A stretch of DNA of 64,000 bases from Myxococcales bacterium (GCA_043747615.1 JAYTOU010000060.1:96001-160000); one strand, 5' to 3'; positions 18,236-27,901 are shown, counted from the stretch's first letter. Made by a program: numbers and translations. Notes: generated by a model from the sequence alone, not told the origin.

Positions 18236-20299
18236 ATGAAGCTTCTTACGGCCACCGCGCGCTTGGCGATGCTCACGGGAGTCATCGCGACGGCGGGCCT
18301 AGCCTGCTCCGGAAAGACCCTGCCGTACGCCGGAGGGCTGATGATTGCGGTTCAAACGGATCTTGTCGCGCCCAAAGACGTCGCGGCCATCGGGCTGTTC
18401 ATCTCTTCGGACGGAAAGCCGATCTTCGGCGACACCCGCGAGGTTGCACCGAACGGCGAGGTGAAGTTCCCTGCGACCATCGCCGTTCTTGGTGACGAAA
18501 ATCGCCCGAAGGCGGTCGTCAAGGTCCGGGTCGTGGCGTTCGGGCGTGACGGTAAGGTCCGCGTGATGCGCGACGCGCTGACCACCGTGCCCCGCCGTCG
18601 AACGGGATTGCTCCGTACGCCGCTCCTTTGGGTGAACGAAGGGTCGGGCACCGGGTCGCGCTCCGATCTCGTGCAGAGTGCAAGCATCCGGATCCTGGAC
18701 GCCGTCTCAGATGGCTTCACCAAGCTCAAGTCCACCTGCCCGGGCACCGACCAGACGACCATCGACGACGCGTGCGTCGACGAGCACATCGATGGAGAGT
18801 CGCTTCCCGACTACCACGATGCGGACGTCTTCGGTGGCGGCACCGCGGACGGCATCGGCGGCACCTGCTTCGACGTGAAAGCGTGCTTCGAGTCGTCCGC
18901 TCCGATCGTCCTCGACGACATGACCGGTTGCACGACCACCCTGCGCGATGGACGCGACCCCAACGATCCCAAGCTGTCCTTCGCCGTCGCGTTAAAAGAA
19001 GACCCTGCCGGCGCCGCGAGCAGCACGGGGGAGTGTCTCGGCAACGGCAGCTGCCTCATCCCCCTCGACAAGGGCACGAGCTGGACGCTTCAGGGGAGCA
19101 CGATTCGGTTTACGCCAGGACTCTGCAAGCGCATGCGCGGCGCCGGTGCGCTCGTGCAAGGCCTCGTCGCTTCGTTCGGCTGTGCATCGAAGATTGATTC
19201 GACTCCCGCCTGCGGCCCGGCCTCTGCGGTCGGCCCCGGTAGCTATTCGCTTCCCGACGGCGGCATCATCCCGCCGATCAAAATCGGAGACTTCGAGCTC
19301 CCCGACACCGCGCTGTCGGAGTTCGCGCCGAACGCGGTGATCGCGCTCGGAACGGAGATCCTGCTCGCGCGCGCCGGCTCCACGACTCCAACCGTGCAGG
19401 ACCCGGGCGTTCGTGGCTTGACCTATCCCGCAGGCAGCGGCGCACCGGCGAACGTGAGTCACTGGTCGCCGATAATGCCTCCCGCCACCACGCCGGTCTA
19501 CGCGATGGCCGTGCGCCCAGGCGCAGGGCACGTTCTGGTGACCGACAGTGCCAACCGTGCGCTCATCGATTGCCAGATCCCCGTAGGATCGCCGTGGGTG
19601 TGCAACGAGATCCAGCTCTCCCTGGGCGACGGGCTCGCGGTCACCGCCAGCTCCACGCGCGCGTACGTGTCAACCGCCGGCCCGACCCCCGGGTTCCCCC
19701 TCTCCGTCTACGACTTCATGAGCCCGACGATGAAGCTCCTCGCCAATCCCTCGCTTCCCGCCGGCAAAGCCAGCGCGCTTGCGTCTGCGTCGGGGGGCAC
19801 GGATGGCTTCGTCTTCGTCGGCTTCAGCGATGGTGGCATTTACCGGTGCGACGCGCCGTGTGAAATGACCAACAACACGGTGCCGCTCGTTCCTCCGTCA
19901 CGCACGACCGAGCCGATCCTCGCGATGGCCATCCTCGAAGATGCGGCGAACAGCCGAAACTGGATCTTCTGGCTCCAGGCGTCCGGCCTCTTTCGCTTGG
20001 AAAACCCGTACGTCCTGGACCCGACGAAAGCGCCGATCCAACTGGCCACGACTACCGAGCTCGCGGCGCGTCCGGCCCTCGCGGTGGACAGCCGGTACGT
20101 CTACTGGGGCTCGCCAGGCGCTGTCTCCTACCGCCCGCAAGACGCGGCGGATGCAAAGGCGAAGCCTGGATCGCTTGCGTCCGATGCGACGCCCATCGTG
20201 GGCATCACCACCACGCTGACGCGCGTCCATTGGGCCACGCAAGGCGGCGCTCAGACCAACGGGAGCGTCTTCAGCGCTCGGAAAAAAGCGCCGTTTTGA
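18236..20299 (+). CDS. Cys-rich lipoprotein with a probable C-terminal beta-propeller
   Basis: Lipobox GLAC, GGLMIAVQTDL..PKD N-terminal motif, multiple Cys, and blade-like LAVDSRYVYW/RVHW repeats. Confidence 0.7.
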   Translation: MKLLTATARLAMLTGVIATAGLACSGKTLPYAGGLMIAVQTDLVAPKDVAAIGLFISSDGKPIFGDTREVAPNGEVKFPATIAVLGDENRPKAVVKVRVVAFGRDGKVRVMRDALTTVPRRRTGLLRTPLLWVNEGSGTGSRSDLVQSASIRILDAVSDGFTKLKSTCPGTDQTTIDDACVDEHIDGESLPDYHDADVFGGGTADGIGGTCFDVKACFESSAPIVLDDMTGCTTTLRDGRDPNDPKLSFAVALKEDPAGAASSTGECLGNGSCLIPLDKGTSWTLQGSTIRFTPGLCKRMRGAGALVQGLVASFGCASKIDSTPACGPASAVGPGSYSLPDGGIIPPIKIGDFELPDTALSEFAPNAVIALGTEILLARAGSTTPTVQDPGVRGLTYPAGSGAPANVSHWSPIMPPATTPVYAMAVRPGAGHVLVTDSANRALIDCQIPVGSPWVCNEIQLSLGDGLAVTASSTRAYVSTAGPTPGFPLSVYDFMSPTMKLLANPSLPAGKASALASASGGTDGFVFVGFSDGGIYRCDAPCEMTNNTVPLVPPSRTTEPILAMAILEDAANSRNWIFWLQASGLFRLENPYVLDPTKAPIQLATTTELAARPALAVDSRYVYWGSPGAVSYRPQDAADAKAKPGSLASDATPIVGITTTLTRVHWATQGGAQTNGSVFSARKKAPF

Positions 20300-20312
20300 A
20301 GGAGATGCGCTG

Positions 20313-21689
20313 ATGCCTTCGCCCGTCAAAGAAGGAGAGATCCTGGCCGAGAAATACCGCGTCGAGCGCGTTCTCGGCGAAGGCGGTATGGGCGTCGTCG
20401 TCGCGGCGATGCACCTCGAGCTCGACCAGCGCGTGGCGTTGAAGTTCCTCCTCCCCGAGGCGTTGGCCCACCCGGAGATCGTCGAGCGTTTCGCCCGCGA
20501 GGCGCGCGCGGCGGCGAAGATCCGGAGCCAGCACGTAGCGCGGGTAATCGACACGGGGAAGATGGCGAACGGCACGCCGTTCATGGTCATGGAGTACCTC
20601 GAGGGAAAAGATCTCGCGGCGCTCCTCTCCGAGAACGGGGCGCTCCCGATCGAGACCGCCATCGAGTACGTCCTTCAGGCGAGCGAGGCCGTCGCGGAGG
20701 CGCACCATGCCGGGATCGTCCATCGCGATCTGAAGCCCTCAAATCTATTTCTTGCGGAGCAGCCCGACAACCGGTCGATCATCAAGCTGCTCGACTTCGG
20801 GATCAGCAAGCTTCCCGATCCGACGTCCACGCAGCTGACGCACGGCGGAGCGATGATGGGCTCGCCGAATTACATGTCTCCGGAGCAGCTCCGCGAGAGC
20901 AAGAGCGTCGACGCGCGCGCGGACATCTGGGCGCTCGGCGTCATCCTCTACGAGCTCATCGCGGGCAAGCTTCCCTATGCTGCAGAGTCGCTCCCGGAGA
21001 CCATGGTGCTGATTCTGAACAACAAGCCGCAGCCCCTCTCGGCGCACCGGCCCGACGTACCGCCCGCCCTCGTTCAGGCCATCATGAAGTGCCTGTGCTC
21101 GGACCGCGAGCAACGCTACGCGACCGTCGCGGATCTCGCGAGCGCGCTGGCGCCCTTCGCGGGGGATTCCCAGGGGGCCGCGCTGTCGGTGGCGAAGATT
21201 TCGCGCGTGCTCGGACACCCGAGCCAGCCTCCCGCCACGAGCATGCCGCCGCCGAGCGCTGCGTTGGACAAGACCGTTGCGCTCCCTGCGGTGGTGCAGA
21301 CGCAGTCGGGGGTAGCGGGATCGATCGCGCCGCCTCCGAAATCGCGGACGGTCGTTCTGCTCGGTGTCTGCGCGCTGCTCGTGGTGGTCGGTCTCGGTGT
21401 CTTCGCGTCGACCCGAGGTCACGGCGGCGCAAGTGGTCCGGGGTCGGCCACGTCGATCGCCGAGCCTTCGCGGCTACCTCCGCCCGCGATCCCGGCGGCA
21501 ACGGCGGTAGGCCCGGCGAGCATCGTCTCTGCCGTCGAAGCTCCGCCGCCTGCGCCTTCGCAGAGCGCCGCACCGAAAGTGAGACCACCGAAGCCCGTCG
21601 CCTCCGCGAACGCCGCACCGGCTGCAGCCTCATCGTCCACCTCATCGTCCACCGAGCAAAAAAACCCGCTCCAAATGGGAATCAAGTGA
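20313..21689 (+). CDS. Membrane-anchored Hanks-type Ser/Thr protein kinase
   Basis: LGEGGMGVV, VALK, HRDLKPSN, DFGISK, GSPNYMSPEQ motifs, then a TM helix and Pro/Ala tail. Confidence 0.95.
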   Translation: MPSPVKEGEILAEKYRVERVLGEGGMGVVVAAMHLELDQRVALKFLLPEALAHPEIVERFAREARAAAKIRSQHVARVIDTGKMANGTPFMVMEYLEGKDLAALLSENGALPIETAIEYVLQASEAVAEAHHAGIVHRDLKPSNLFLAEQPDNRSIIKLLDFGISKLPDPTSTQLTHGGAMMGSPNYMSPEQLRESKSVDARADIWALGVILYELIAGKLPYAAESLPETMVLILNNKPQPLSAHRPDVPPALVQAIMKCLCSDREQRYATVADLASALAPFAGDSQGAALSVAKISRVLGHPSQPPATSMPPPSAALDKTVALPAVVQTQSGVAGSIAPPPKSRTVVLLGVCALLVVVGLGVFASTRGHGGASGPGSATSIAEPSRLPPPAIPAATAVGPASIVSAVEAPPPAPSQSAAPKVRPPKPVASANAAPAAASSSTSSSTEQKNPLQMGIK

Positions 21690-22702
21690 AGCCAAATCTC
21701 GCTGCCCTCGTTCTACTCGCGTCCGTGTCGTTCACAGCACCGGCGTTTGCCCAGCCGAAGAAGGCTCCGGTCGCCGCTCCCCCGGCCGTGCCCGTGGTGC
21801 AAAGCCCGCACACGCTCGGGGAAACGCTGACCGGCGAGGCGAAGGCAGAGTACGAGTCCGGCAAGGCGCTCTACCTCGACGGCGATTTCGGCGGAGCGCT
21901 GATGAAGTTCAAGAGCGCGCACGAAAAATCGTCCGACGTCCGGCTGCTTTGGAACATCGCTTCTTGCGAGAAGAGCCAGCGCCACTACGCGAACGTGCTT
22001 CGGTTGGTGAAGCAGTATCTGACCGACGGCGACACCACGCTCACGCCCGCCGACAAGGACGAAGCGCGGACGCTCATCGCGGCGATCGAGCCGCTCACCG
22101 CAAGGCTCAAAGTCACCGTCGATCCGCAGGGCGCGGAGGTCTACCTCGACGACGTGCTGGTCGGCTCGAGCCCGCTCGACAAACCGGTCACCGTCGACAT
22201 CGGCATGCGCAAGCTGCTCGTCAGAAAGGCCGACTACAAGGAGTTCGCCAAAGCGGTCCCCGTCGGCGGGAGTCCGGAGATCGCGGTCGAGGTAGCGCTC
22301 GCCAGGCTTATTCACGAAGGAAGGATCTTCGTACGCGCCGGCTCGAAGGACGAGATCTTCGTCGACGGAAAATACGTCGGCGCGGGAACGTGGAACGGCG
22401 TCGTGACGAGCGGTGGGCACGTCCTCCGTATTTCCGCGCCGGAGATGAGGGCCTACCAGTCCGAGGTCTTGATCAGCGACAACGAGACGCGCAACGTCGC
22501 CATCACGCTCGACAAAGAAATGAAGCCCGGCTCGGGAGTGCCCTCCTGGGTGTGGATCGGCGGCGGCGCACTTCTCCTCGGCGGAGTGGTGGCGGGGGGC
22601 TATTTCCTCTTTCGACCCGACGACAGGCAGCCCACCTTGCCCACCGGGACGCTCAATCCGGGGAGCGTACAGGCCTCGTTTCCAGGAGTTCGCTTCCGCT
22701 GA
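21686..22702 (+). CDS. Exported TPR plus PEGA domain protein
   Basis: GTGA overlap with the kinase stop. Signal peptide ending PAFA, TPR-like helices (LLWNIASCEK), PEGA motif (VTVDPQGAEVYLDD..VG.SPL) and a hydrophobic C-terminal segment. Confidence 0.85.
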   Translation: MKPNLAALVLLASVSFTAPAFAQPKKAPVAAPPAVPVVQSPHTLGETLTGEAKAEYESGKALYLDGDFGGALMKFKSAHEKSSDVRLLWNIASCEKSQRHYANVLRLVKQYLTDGDTTLTPADKDEARTLIAAIEPLTARLKVTVDPQGAEVYLDDVLVGSSPLDKPVTVDIGMRKLLVRKADYKEFAKAVPVGGSPEIAVEVALARLIHEGRIFVRAGSKDEIFVDGKYVGAGTWNGVVTSGGHVLRISAPEMRAYQSEVLISDNETRNVAITLDKEMKPGSGVPSWVWIGGGALLLGGVVAGGYFLFRPDDRQPTLPTGTLNPGSVQASFPGVRFR

Positions 22703-22753
22703 TCCGCAACCTTTGTTGGGCTGGCGCGTCGTGACTTGGTGAGGAATGAAATC

Positions 22754-22849
22754 ATGACCAGGACCCTGGTGCCGTTCGGGTTTTTGGCGCTCTTGTCGGC
22801 CTGTCGTTCGGAGCCGACGAATGGCTCGAGCGCCGCGGCCCTGCGGTGA
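22754..22849 (+). pseudogene. Lipoprotein truncated by the IS insertion
   Basis: MTRTLVPFGFLALLSACRSEPTNGSSAAALR* has a signal peptide and lipobox. The stop lies inside the IS left inverted repeat. Confidence 0.6.
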
Positions 22850-24020
22850 CGAAAAACGCATCTCGAGGGGAATACGCACATGGCCCCGCGGCCAGGCTAC
22901 CGCGTTTCCGGTGGCGATTCGCCGATGACATCGGCGGCCGGCTGCGCGAGCGTAGTCTCCGATGTTCGCCATCATCGAAGCGCTCCTTCGCGCGCTGCTG
23001 TCGGCATTGCAGCCCCGGGCATCCCTCGTCGCGGAGAACCTGGCGCTCCGCCAGCAGCTCGCGTCGCTCCTTCGCGCGAGACCGCGCCCGCGACTTCGGC
23101 CGATCGACCGGGCGTTCTGGATCCTGCTGTCGCGCACGTGGTCGCGCTGGGCCGACGTGCTTGCGATCGTACGACCCGAGACGGTGATCGCGTGGCACCG
23201 GCGCGGCTTCGCCCGATTCTGGACCTGGAAGTCCCGGCGTGTGGGTCGGCCACCCCTAGCTGCGGAGATCGTCCTGCTCATCGAGCAGATGGCGCGCGAC
23301 AACCCGCTGTGGAGCCGGCGGCGCATCGCAAACGAGCTTGCGAAACTTGGGCACGCCGTCGACAAGGACACCGTCGCGAAGTACATGCCCCGGCCTTCGG
23401 AGCGACCCCGACGTCCACCATCGCAGACGTGGAAGACTTTCGTGCGCAATCACCTCGGTGGCACGATCGCGATCGATTTCCTGACGGTGCCGACCGTCAC
23501 GTTCGGCATCGTGTACGTTTTCTTTGTCCTCTCTCTCGAGCGTCGGCGCGTGCTTCACGTCAACGTGACGACGCAGCCGCACGCGGCGTGGGCCGCACAG
23601 CAGATCGTCGAAGCGATTGGCGCGGACATCGTCCCCGCGCGCCTCATTCGCGATCGTGACGGCATCTTCGGTACCGTGTTCGATGCGCGCGTCGCTCACC
23701 TCGGCATTGCGCAGATGAAGATCGCGCCACGGTCTCCCTGGCAGAATGGATACGCGGAGAGGTTCGTCGGAACCCTTCGGCGAGAGCTGCTCGATCACCT
23801 GATCGTATGGGGCGAGCGTCATCTGCTTCGCGCCGTGCGTGAATACGTCGCGTACTACAACGGTGACCGTCCGCACATGTCGCTCGGCGCCGACGCGCCG
23901 ATCACAAGGTCCGTCGAGCCGCCGATTGGCGGAAAGATCGTGGCCATACCGAAGGTCGGCGGACTCCATCACCGGTATTCGAGGGTCGCGTGATCGCCGG
24001 ACGAGTATTTCGCCACCACA
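22842..24020 (+). mobile_element. Apparently intact insertion sequence (rve/DDE, IS3/IS481-related)
   Basis: Terminal inverted repeats TGCGGTGACGAAAAACGCAT and TGTGGTGGCGAAATACTCGT (15/20 match) with TG...CA ends. No target-site duplication visible. Confidence 0.8.
22962..23993 (+). CDS. Integrase-core (rve) DDE transposase
   Basis: ENLALRQQL and VRPETVIAWHR motifs. DDE residues in AIDFLTV, LIRDRDGIF and QNGYAERFVGT. Confidence 0.93.
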   Translation: MFAIIEALLRALLSALQPRASLVAENLALRQQLASLLRARPRPRLRPIDRAFWILLSRTWSRWADVLAIVRPETVIAWHRRGFARFWTWKSRRVGRPPLAAEIVLLIEQMARDNPLWSRRRIANELAKLGHAVDKDTVAKYMPRPSERPRRPPSQTWKTFVRNHLGGTIAIDFLTVPTVTFGIVYVFFVLSLERRRVLHVNVTTQPHAAWAAQQIVEAIGADIVPARLIRDRDGIFGTVFDARVAHLGIAQMKIAPRSPWQNGYAERFVGTLRRELLDHLIVWGERHLLRAVREYVAYYNGDRPHMSLGADAPITRSVEPPIGGKIVAIPKVGGLHHRYSRVA

Positions 24021-24532
24021 ACGAAGGCGTCATCCTCGAGATCCTCCGAGAGGTGCGCGAGCGTGTCACCGCGCAGAGCAAAGACTCGAGCACGGAGGTC
24101 GGTCAACTCGAAGAGCAGGCGACCCGACTGCGGCGCGAGACGATGAACCTCGCCGAGGCCATCGCGCTCACGAACGGAGGCGTCCAGGCGCTGGCCGAGA
24201 AGCTCAGTGAACGGCAGGAGCGCTTGTCCACGATCGACGCGCGCCTCAAATTGCTCAAGGCCGCACCCGGGGTGATCTCCCTCGAGGTTCGGCGCCTCGA
24301 GGCTGGCGTGCGAAAGCGCATCGCCGACCTGAACGCGTTCCTCGAGCGCGACACCGAGGAAGCGCGCAACGTCGTGGAGAGCCTCCTCGACGGGCCGCTC
24401 ACCTTCACGCCCCTCGAGACCGACGAAGGCCGGCGCTACCTTGTGCAGGGTCGGATAGCGACGGGAGACATTCTCCGCGTGCTATCCGATCCGCAACATG
24501 AGCGTCCCCAAGGGGATTCGAACCCCTGTTAG
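24021..24532 (+). pseudogene. C-terminal fragment of a large serine recombinase
   Basis: Coiled coil (RLRRETMNLAEAIA...LSERQERL), ARNVVESLLDGPLTFTP and YLVQG motifs. The frame ends inside the antisense tRNA (ERPQGDSNPC*). The catalytic N-terminus is absent. Confidence 0.65.
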
Positions 24533-24575
24533 CAACGTGAAAAGCTGCAGTCCTGGGCCTCTAGACGATGGGGAC
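24503..24575 (-). tRNA. tRNA-Glu (TTC)
   Basis: GTCCCCA/TGGGGAC acceptor stem, GCAGC-TT TTC AC-GTTGC anticodon arm, AGGGG-TTCGAAT-CCCCT T-arm. CCA not encoded. Confidence 0.96.
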
Positions 24576-24635
24576 AGTGAAAACTGACGAAGCCGACCGG
24601 ACTACTAGCCTGCCTCCCCGATTTCGTCCACGCCC

Positions 24636-26087
24636 TTAGAGGTCGAAGCCGAGATACAGCCGAATCCCGCCGCGGGCGCCGGGTGAATCCATGTAGAACC
24701 GCTGTCCGCCCGAGGTCGCAGCTCCGGTGCCGTAGACTTCCACGAAGCCGGAAGCCTCCAGAAATAGCCTCTTGCCGGCCGAAACCTGCACGCCGAGATC
24801 GGCGACCCAGACGCCACTCACGCCGCTGCCATGGGCGTCGATGGTGGGCGCGCGAAGTTGGGCGACGTGCGAGGCGATGCTCTCGAAGTTGAAACCGAAG
24901 CCCGTACCGGCGACAAAGCGAAACTTTCCGTTCGTCCGGAAGCGCAGCTCGGGGCCTAGATCGAAGTAGGTCACGTTCACCATCGCCGCCGTGCCGGCTG
25001 GGCCCGCGTAGGTGCTCGGTTTCATCGATCCTAGCTCGGACCAAACTTCGAGCATCATGCTCGAATTGACGCGCCATCCTGCTTTCACGGCCAGCGCGCC
25101 GCCTCCGTAGGCATGATCGACAGCGCCGGTCGGATCGTCTCCGAACGTGATCGCTCGGTGAGTGCGCGTCCCTCCTTCGAGCGCGCCGCCCGCCATCACA
25201 TAAAACTTCCGCTCAGGTTCCAGCGGCGGCGGCGGCGGCGACTTCGACGGCACTACCGCCGGAGGGGTCGCCGTGGGCACGGCTTCGCTCATCGCGACCG
25301 GCACGTCGGTGTACGCGTTCGGAGCAACGAGCACGTCCCGCGCATTGAGCGGATACCCTTTCGCCGTGAGCTCCACGCGGTGCGTACCCGCTCCAAGATC
25401 GCCTTCCCATTCCCCGAACGCGAGGGGGACTCCATCGATCGCGATCGACGCTGCCGGCACGTCGGCGCGCACGTGCAGCCTTCCGCGCACGGACGACGAA
25501 ACGGGATACATCTCGATCGTCACCGGTGTGTCCGCTTGGCCGGCGGTAACCAGGATGCGCTGCGACCCATCCGCGTACCCGTTCGCGTGCGCGCTGAGCG
25601 TGTGATCGCCCGCGCCGAAACGAAGCGGAGCCCCAAACCGCTCGGCGGGGATCGGCCGTCCGTCGACCGAAACTTCCACGACGGGCGGACGCGTTCCCAG
25701 CGGCGCGCCGTGAAGAAGGACTCTCAGACGCACCACCGTGACGAGCTCGCTCATCTCCTTGATCGCTTTTCGCGCTGCCGCCCGCACCTCGGGTTTTATC
25801 GAGTCTCCGCCCTCGACGAGCATCTCCTCGAGCGTGTCGATCGCGTCTCCGTGGCGTTTGAGCCCACGCTGGCAAAGCGCGACGTTGCGCTTGATTGACG
25901 CCACCGGTTTCGCCGCATACGCCGCCAGAAATTCGGCGAGCGCCGCTTCGTAGTCTGGAGGCTTCGTGTCGTAGAGGCGGACTCCGTTCGAAAAGTGGGT
26001 GTGTGCGCGCTCCGTGAGCTCGTCGGCCCGCACTGGGGTCGCGACGAAAAAAAACACCAACGCGAAGACGTAAACGACAGAACGCAT
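24636..26087 (-). CDS. Exported TPR plus PEGA protein with a C-terminal beta-barrel-like domain
   Basis: Signal peptide (VRA|DE), TPR helices, PEGA-like repeats, Pro linker, and amphipathic beta strands ending GGIRLYLGFDL. Confidence 0.82.
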   Translation of the reverse strand: MRSVVYVFALVFFFVATPVRADELTERAHTHFSNGVRLYDTKPPDYEAALAEFLAAYAAKPVASIKRNVALCQRGLKRHGDAIDTLEEMLVEGGDSIKPEVRAAARKAIKEMSELVTVVRLRVLLHGAPLGTRPPVVEVSVDGRPIPAERFGAPLRFGAGDHTLSAHANGYADGSQRILVTAGQADTPVTIEMYPVSSSVRGRLHVRADVPAASIAIDGVPLAFGEWEGDLGAGTHRVELTAKGYPLNARDVLVAPNAYTDVPVAMSEAVPTATPPAVVPSKSPPPPPLEPERKFYVMAGGALEGGTRTHRAITFGDDPTGAVDHAYGGGALAVKAGWRVNSSMMLEVWSELGSMKPSTYAGPAGTAAMVNVTYFDLGPELRFRTNGKFRFVAGTGFGFNFESIASHVAQLRAPTIDAHGSGVSGVWVADLGVQVSAGKRLFLEASGFVEVYGTGAATSGGQRFYMDSPGARGGIRLYLGFDL

Positions 26088-26093
26088 CGCGTC

Positions 26094-27551
26094 CTATTGG
26101 GGAAAATCACGCTGGAGATCGAGCCCATCGCTGCCGGCCTTCGGAGGCGGCTTCGGCTTCGCAGCTGGCGGCGTGAGCGGCGTGACCGGCGGCGCGGTCT
26201 TCATCGATGAAGGCTGGGGTGGCTTCACGGACGGGGCGCTCGGAGCGGCGGATGGCGGGATTGCCGCGAGCGGAGCGCTCGGCGCAGGTGCAAGGGTGCT
26301 CGCCACGCTGATCGTCGTGCTCGGCGCAGGTGCAAGGGTGCTCGCCACGCTGATCGTCGTGCTCGGCCGTGGCGGAAGCTCTTGCCGCGGGACGTCCGCA
26401 ACGCGGTGCGCGGTCATCGACACGACCCACAAGGTGGCGAGGCCTCCGGCGAGCGTCGCAAAAATGGCGGTCCCCACGATCGCCGTCCGCGACCACAAGA
26501 AGTTGCGCCAATCGACGCGCGCCGTCCCTGCTCGCGCTCTGGAGATCCACGACGTACCGCTGCCGCGCACAGTCGCGTCGCTCGAGGAGACCTCGGGGTC
26601 TGCCGCGCTTGCCCTCGTCCTCGCGATCGATTCGGGAGAAATCAAGGCTTTTGCGGCCGGTAAAATCTCTGAGAGCGCCACCAGCATTTGCCGCGCCGAG
26701 CTGAAACGCTTCGTGCGATCGCGCGAGAGCGCACGCCGAACGAAGCGCGCCACCGCCTCGGGCACCTCGGGATCGACGTTCCGAAGATCGGGTGCGTCGG
26801 TCATGCAAATGGAGACGATGATCTGCTCGTACGTCTCACCGACGTGAGGCGGCCGCCCAGCGAGTGACTCGAAGAGGATCGCCCCGACGCTGTAGAGATC
26901 GGTGCGCCCATCGAGATCGGGAGCGGCCTGCGCTTGCTCGGGAGACATGTAGAGCGGCGTTCCGAGGACAGTGCCCTTCTGGGTAAGGGCAAGCGGAGTC
27001 GTGCCGGTCGAGGTGCGCTCGATCTTCGAGATGCCGAAGTCGACGATCTTGACGAACGCGTCCGAGCGGCGTTCAGTCAAGAATACGTTGTCGGGCTTGA
27101 GATCGCGGTGAACGATTCCCGCCTCGTGCGCGTCGGCGAGGCCGCGCAGCACCTGAGCGACGATGTTCAGCGCCTCTGGGACGGGGAGCTTGTTCGTGCG
27201 GCGAAGCATGCGCCCGAGATCCTCCCCACGCAGAAGTTCCATCACGATGTACGGGCGATCCTCGTCCATGCCGGCATCGAAGACCTGCACGATGTGATCA
27301 CTCTCGATGGCGCTGGCGGCTCGAGCCTCGCGGGCGAAGCGGCTCGCGACCTGCTCGGAGTGCGCAAACTCGCGGTCGACGAACTTGAGCGCGACCTTCT
27401 TCCCGATGCCGAGGTGCTCGCCTTCGTAGACGGCGCCCATCCCTCCCAGGCCAATCAGCTTGGTGACTTTGTAGCGACCCGCGACGGTGCGCCCAACGAG
27501 CTTTTCCAGCTCCAGTTCGCGGTCCGATCGGTCGCGGGGCTGATCACTCAT
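26094..27551 (-). CDS. Membrane-anchored Hanks-type Ser/Thr protein kinase
   Basis: IGLGGMGAVY, VALK, HRDLKPDN, DFGISK, GTPLYMSPEQ motifs, then a TM helix and Pro-rich tail. Confidence 0.95.
   Translation of the reverse strand: MSDQPRDRSDRELELEKLVGRTVAGRYKVTKLIGLGGMGAVYEGEHLGIGKKVALKFVDREFAHSEQVASRFAREARAASAIESDHIVQVFDAGMDEDRPYIVMELLRGEDLGRMLRRTNKLPVPEALNIVAQVLRGLADAHEAGIVHRDLKPDNVFLTERRSDAFVKIVDFGISKIERTSTGTTPLALTQKGTVLGTPLYMSPEQAQAAPDLDGRTDLYSVGAILFESLAGRPPHVGETYEQIIVSICMTDAPDLRNVDPEVPEAVARFVRRALSRDRTKRFSSARQMLVALSEILPAAKALISPESIARTRASAADPEVSSSDATVRGSGTSWISRARAGTARVDWRNFLWSRTAIVGTAIFATLAGGLATLWVVSMTAHRVADVPRQELPPRPSTTISVASTLAPAPSTTISVASTLAPAPSAPLAAIPPSAAPSAPSVKPPQPSSMKTAPPVTPLTPPAAKPKPPPKAGSDGLDLQRDFPQ
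26277..26367. repeat. Perfect 42-bp tandem duplication in the kinase tail
   Basis: GCTCGGCGCAGGTGCAAGGGTGCTCGCCACGCTGATCGTCGT twice plus 7 bp, encoding STTISVASTLAPAP. Confidence 0.95.
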
Positions 27552-27619
27552 GGCAAGTCGCGCGGCGAGCGCCGGCGCGGCATCTAGACTAGCAGAAGCC
27601 TCTCGACGAGGCTTCTGGG

Positions 27620-27901
27620 TCAGGCGGCTTTGGCAGTTGCGCGAAGCTTGTGGACCGCGGCAGACAGGCGGCCAACGACGCGCGAGGAAGCCTTCGGATG
27701 GTAGACACCTTTGCTGGAGGCGCTGTCGAGAGCGGCAATGGCGATCAAAAGGGCCTTCTCGGCTGCGGCGAGGTTCTTCCCGGTCACTTCGACGCGCACC
27801 TTCTTGACGAGGGTACGAACCGAGCTTTTCAGCGCGCGGTTACGGGTGGTGCGCACGATGCGCTGACGATTTCGCTTTTCGGCTGACGGATGATTGGCCA
27901 C
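27620..27901 (-). CDS. rpsT: 30S ribosomal protein S20
   Basis: MANHPSAEKRNRQ...RNRALKSSVRT and KGVYHPKASSR motifs. Confidence 0.97.
   Translation of the reverse strand: MANHPSAEKRNRQRIVRTTRNRALKSSVRTLVKKVRVEVTGKNLAAAEKALLIAIAALDSASSKGVYHPKASSRVVGRLSAAVHKLRATAKAA

Noticed and set aside
26277..26367. CRISPR-like repeat
   Set aside because: Head-to-tail repeats without spacers, in frame inside a coding region, with no cas genes.
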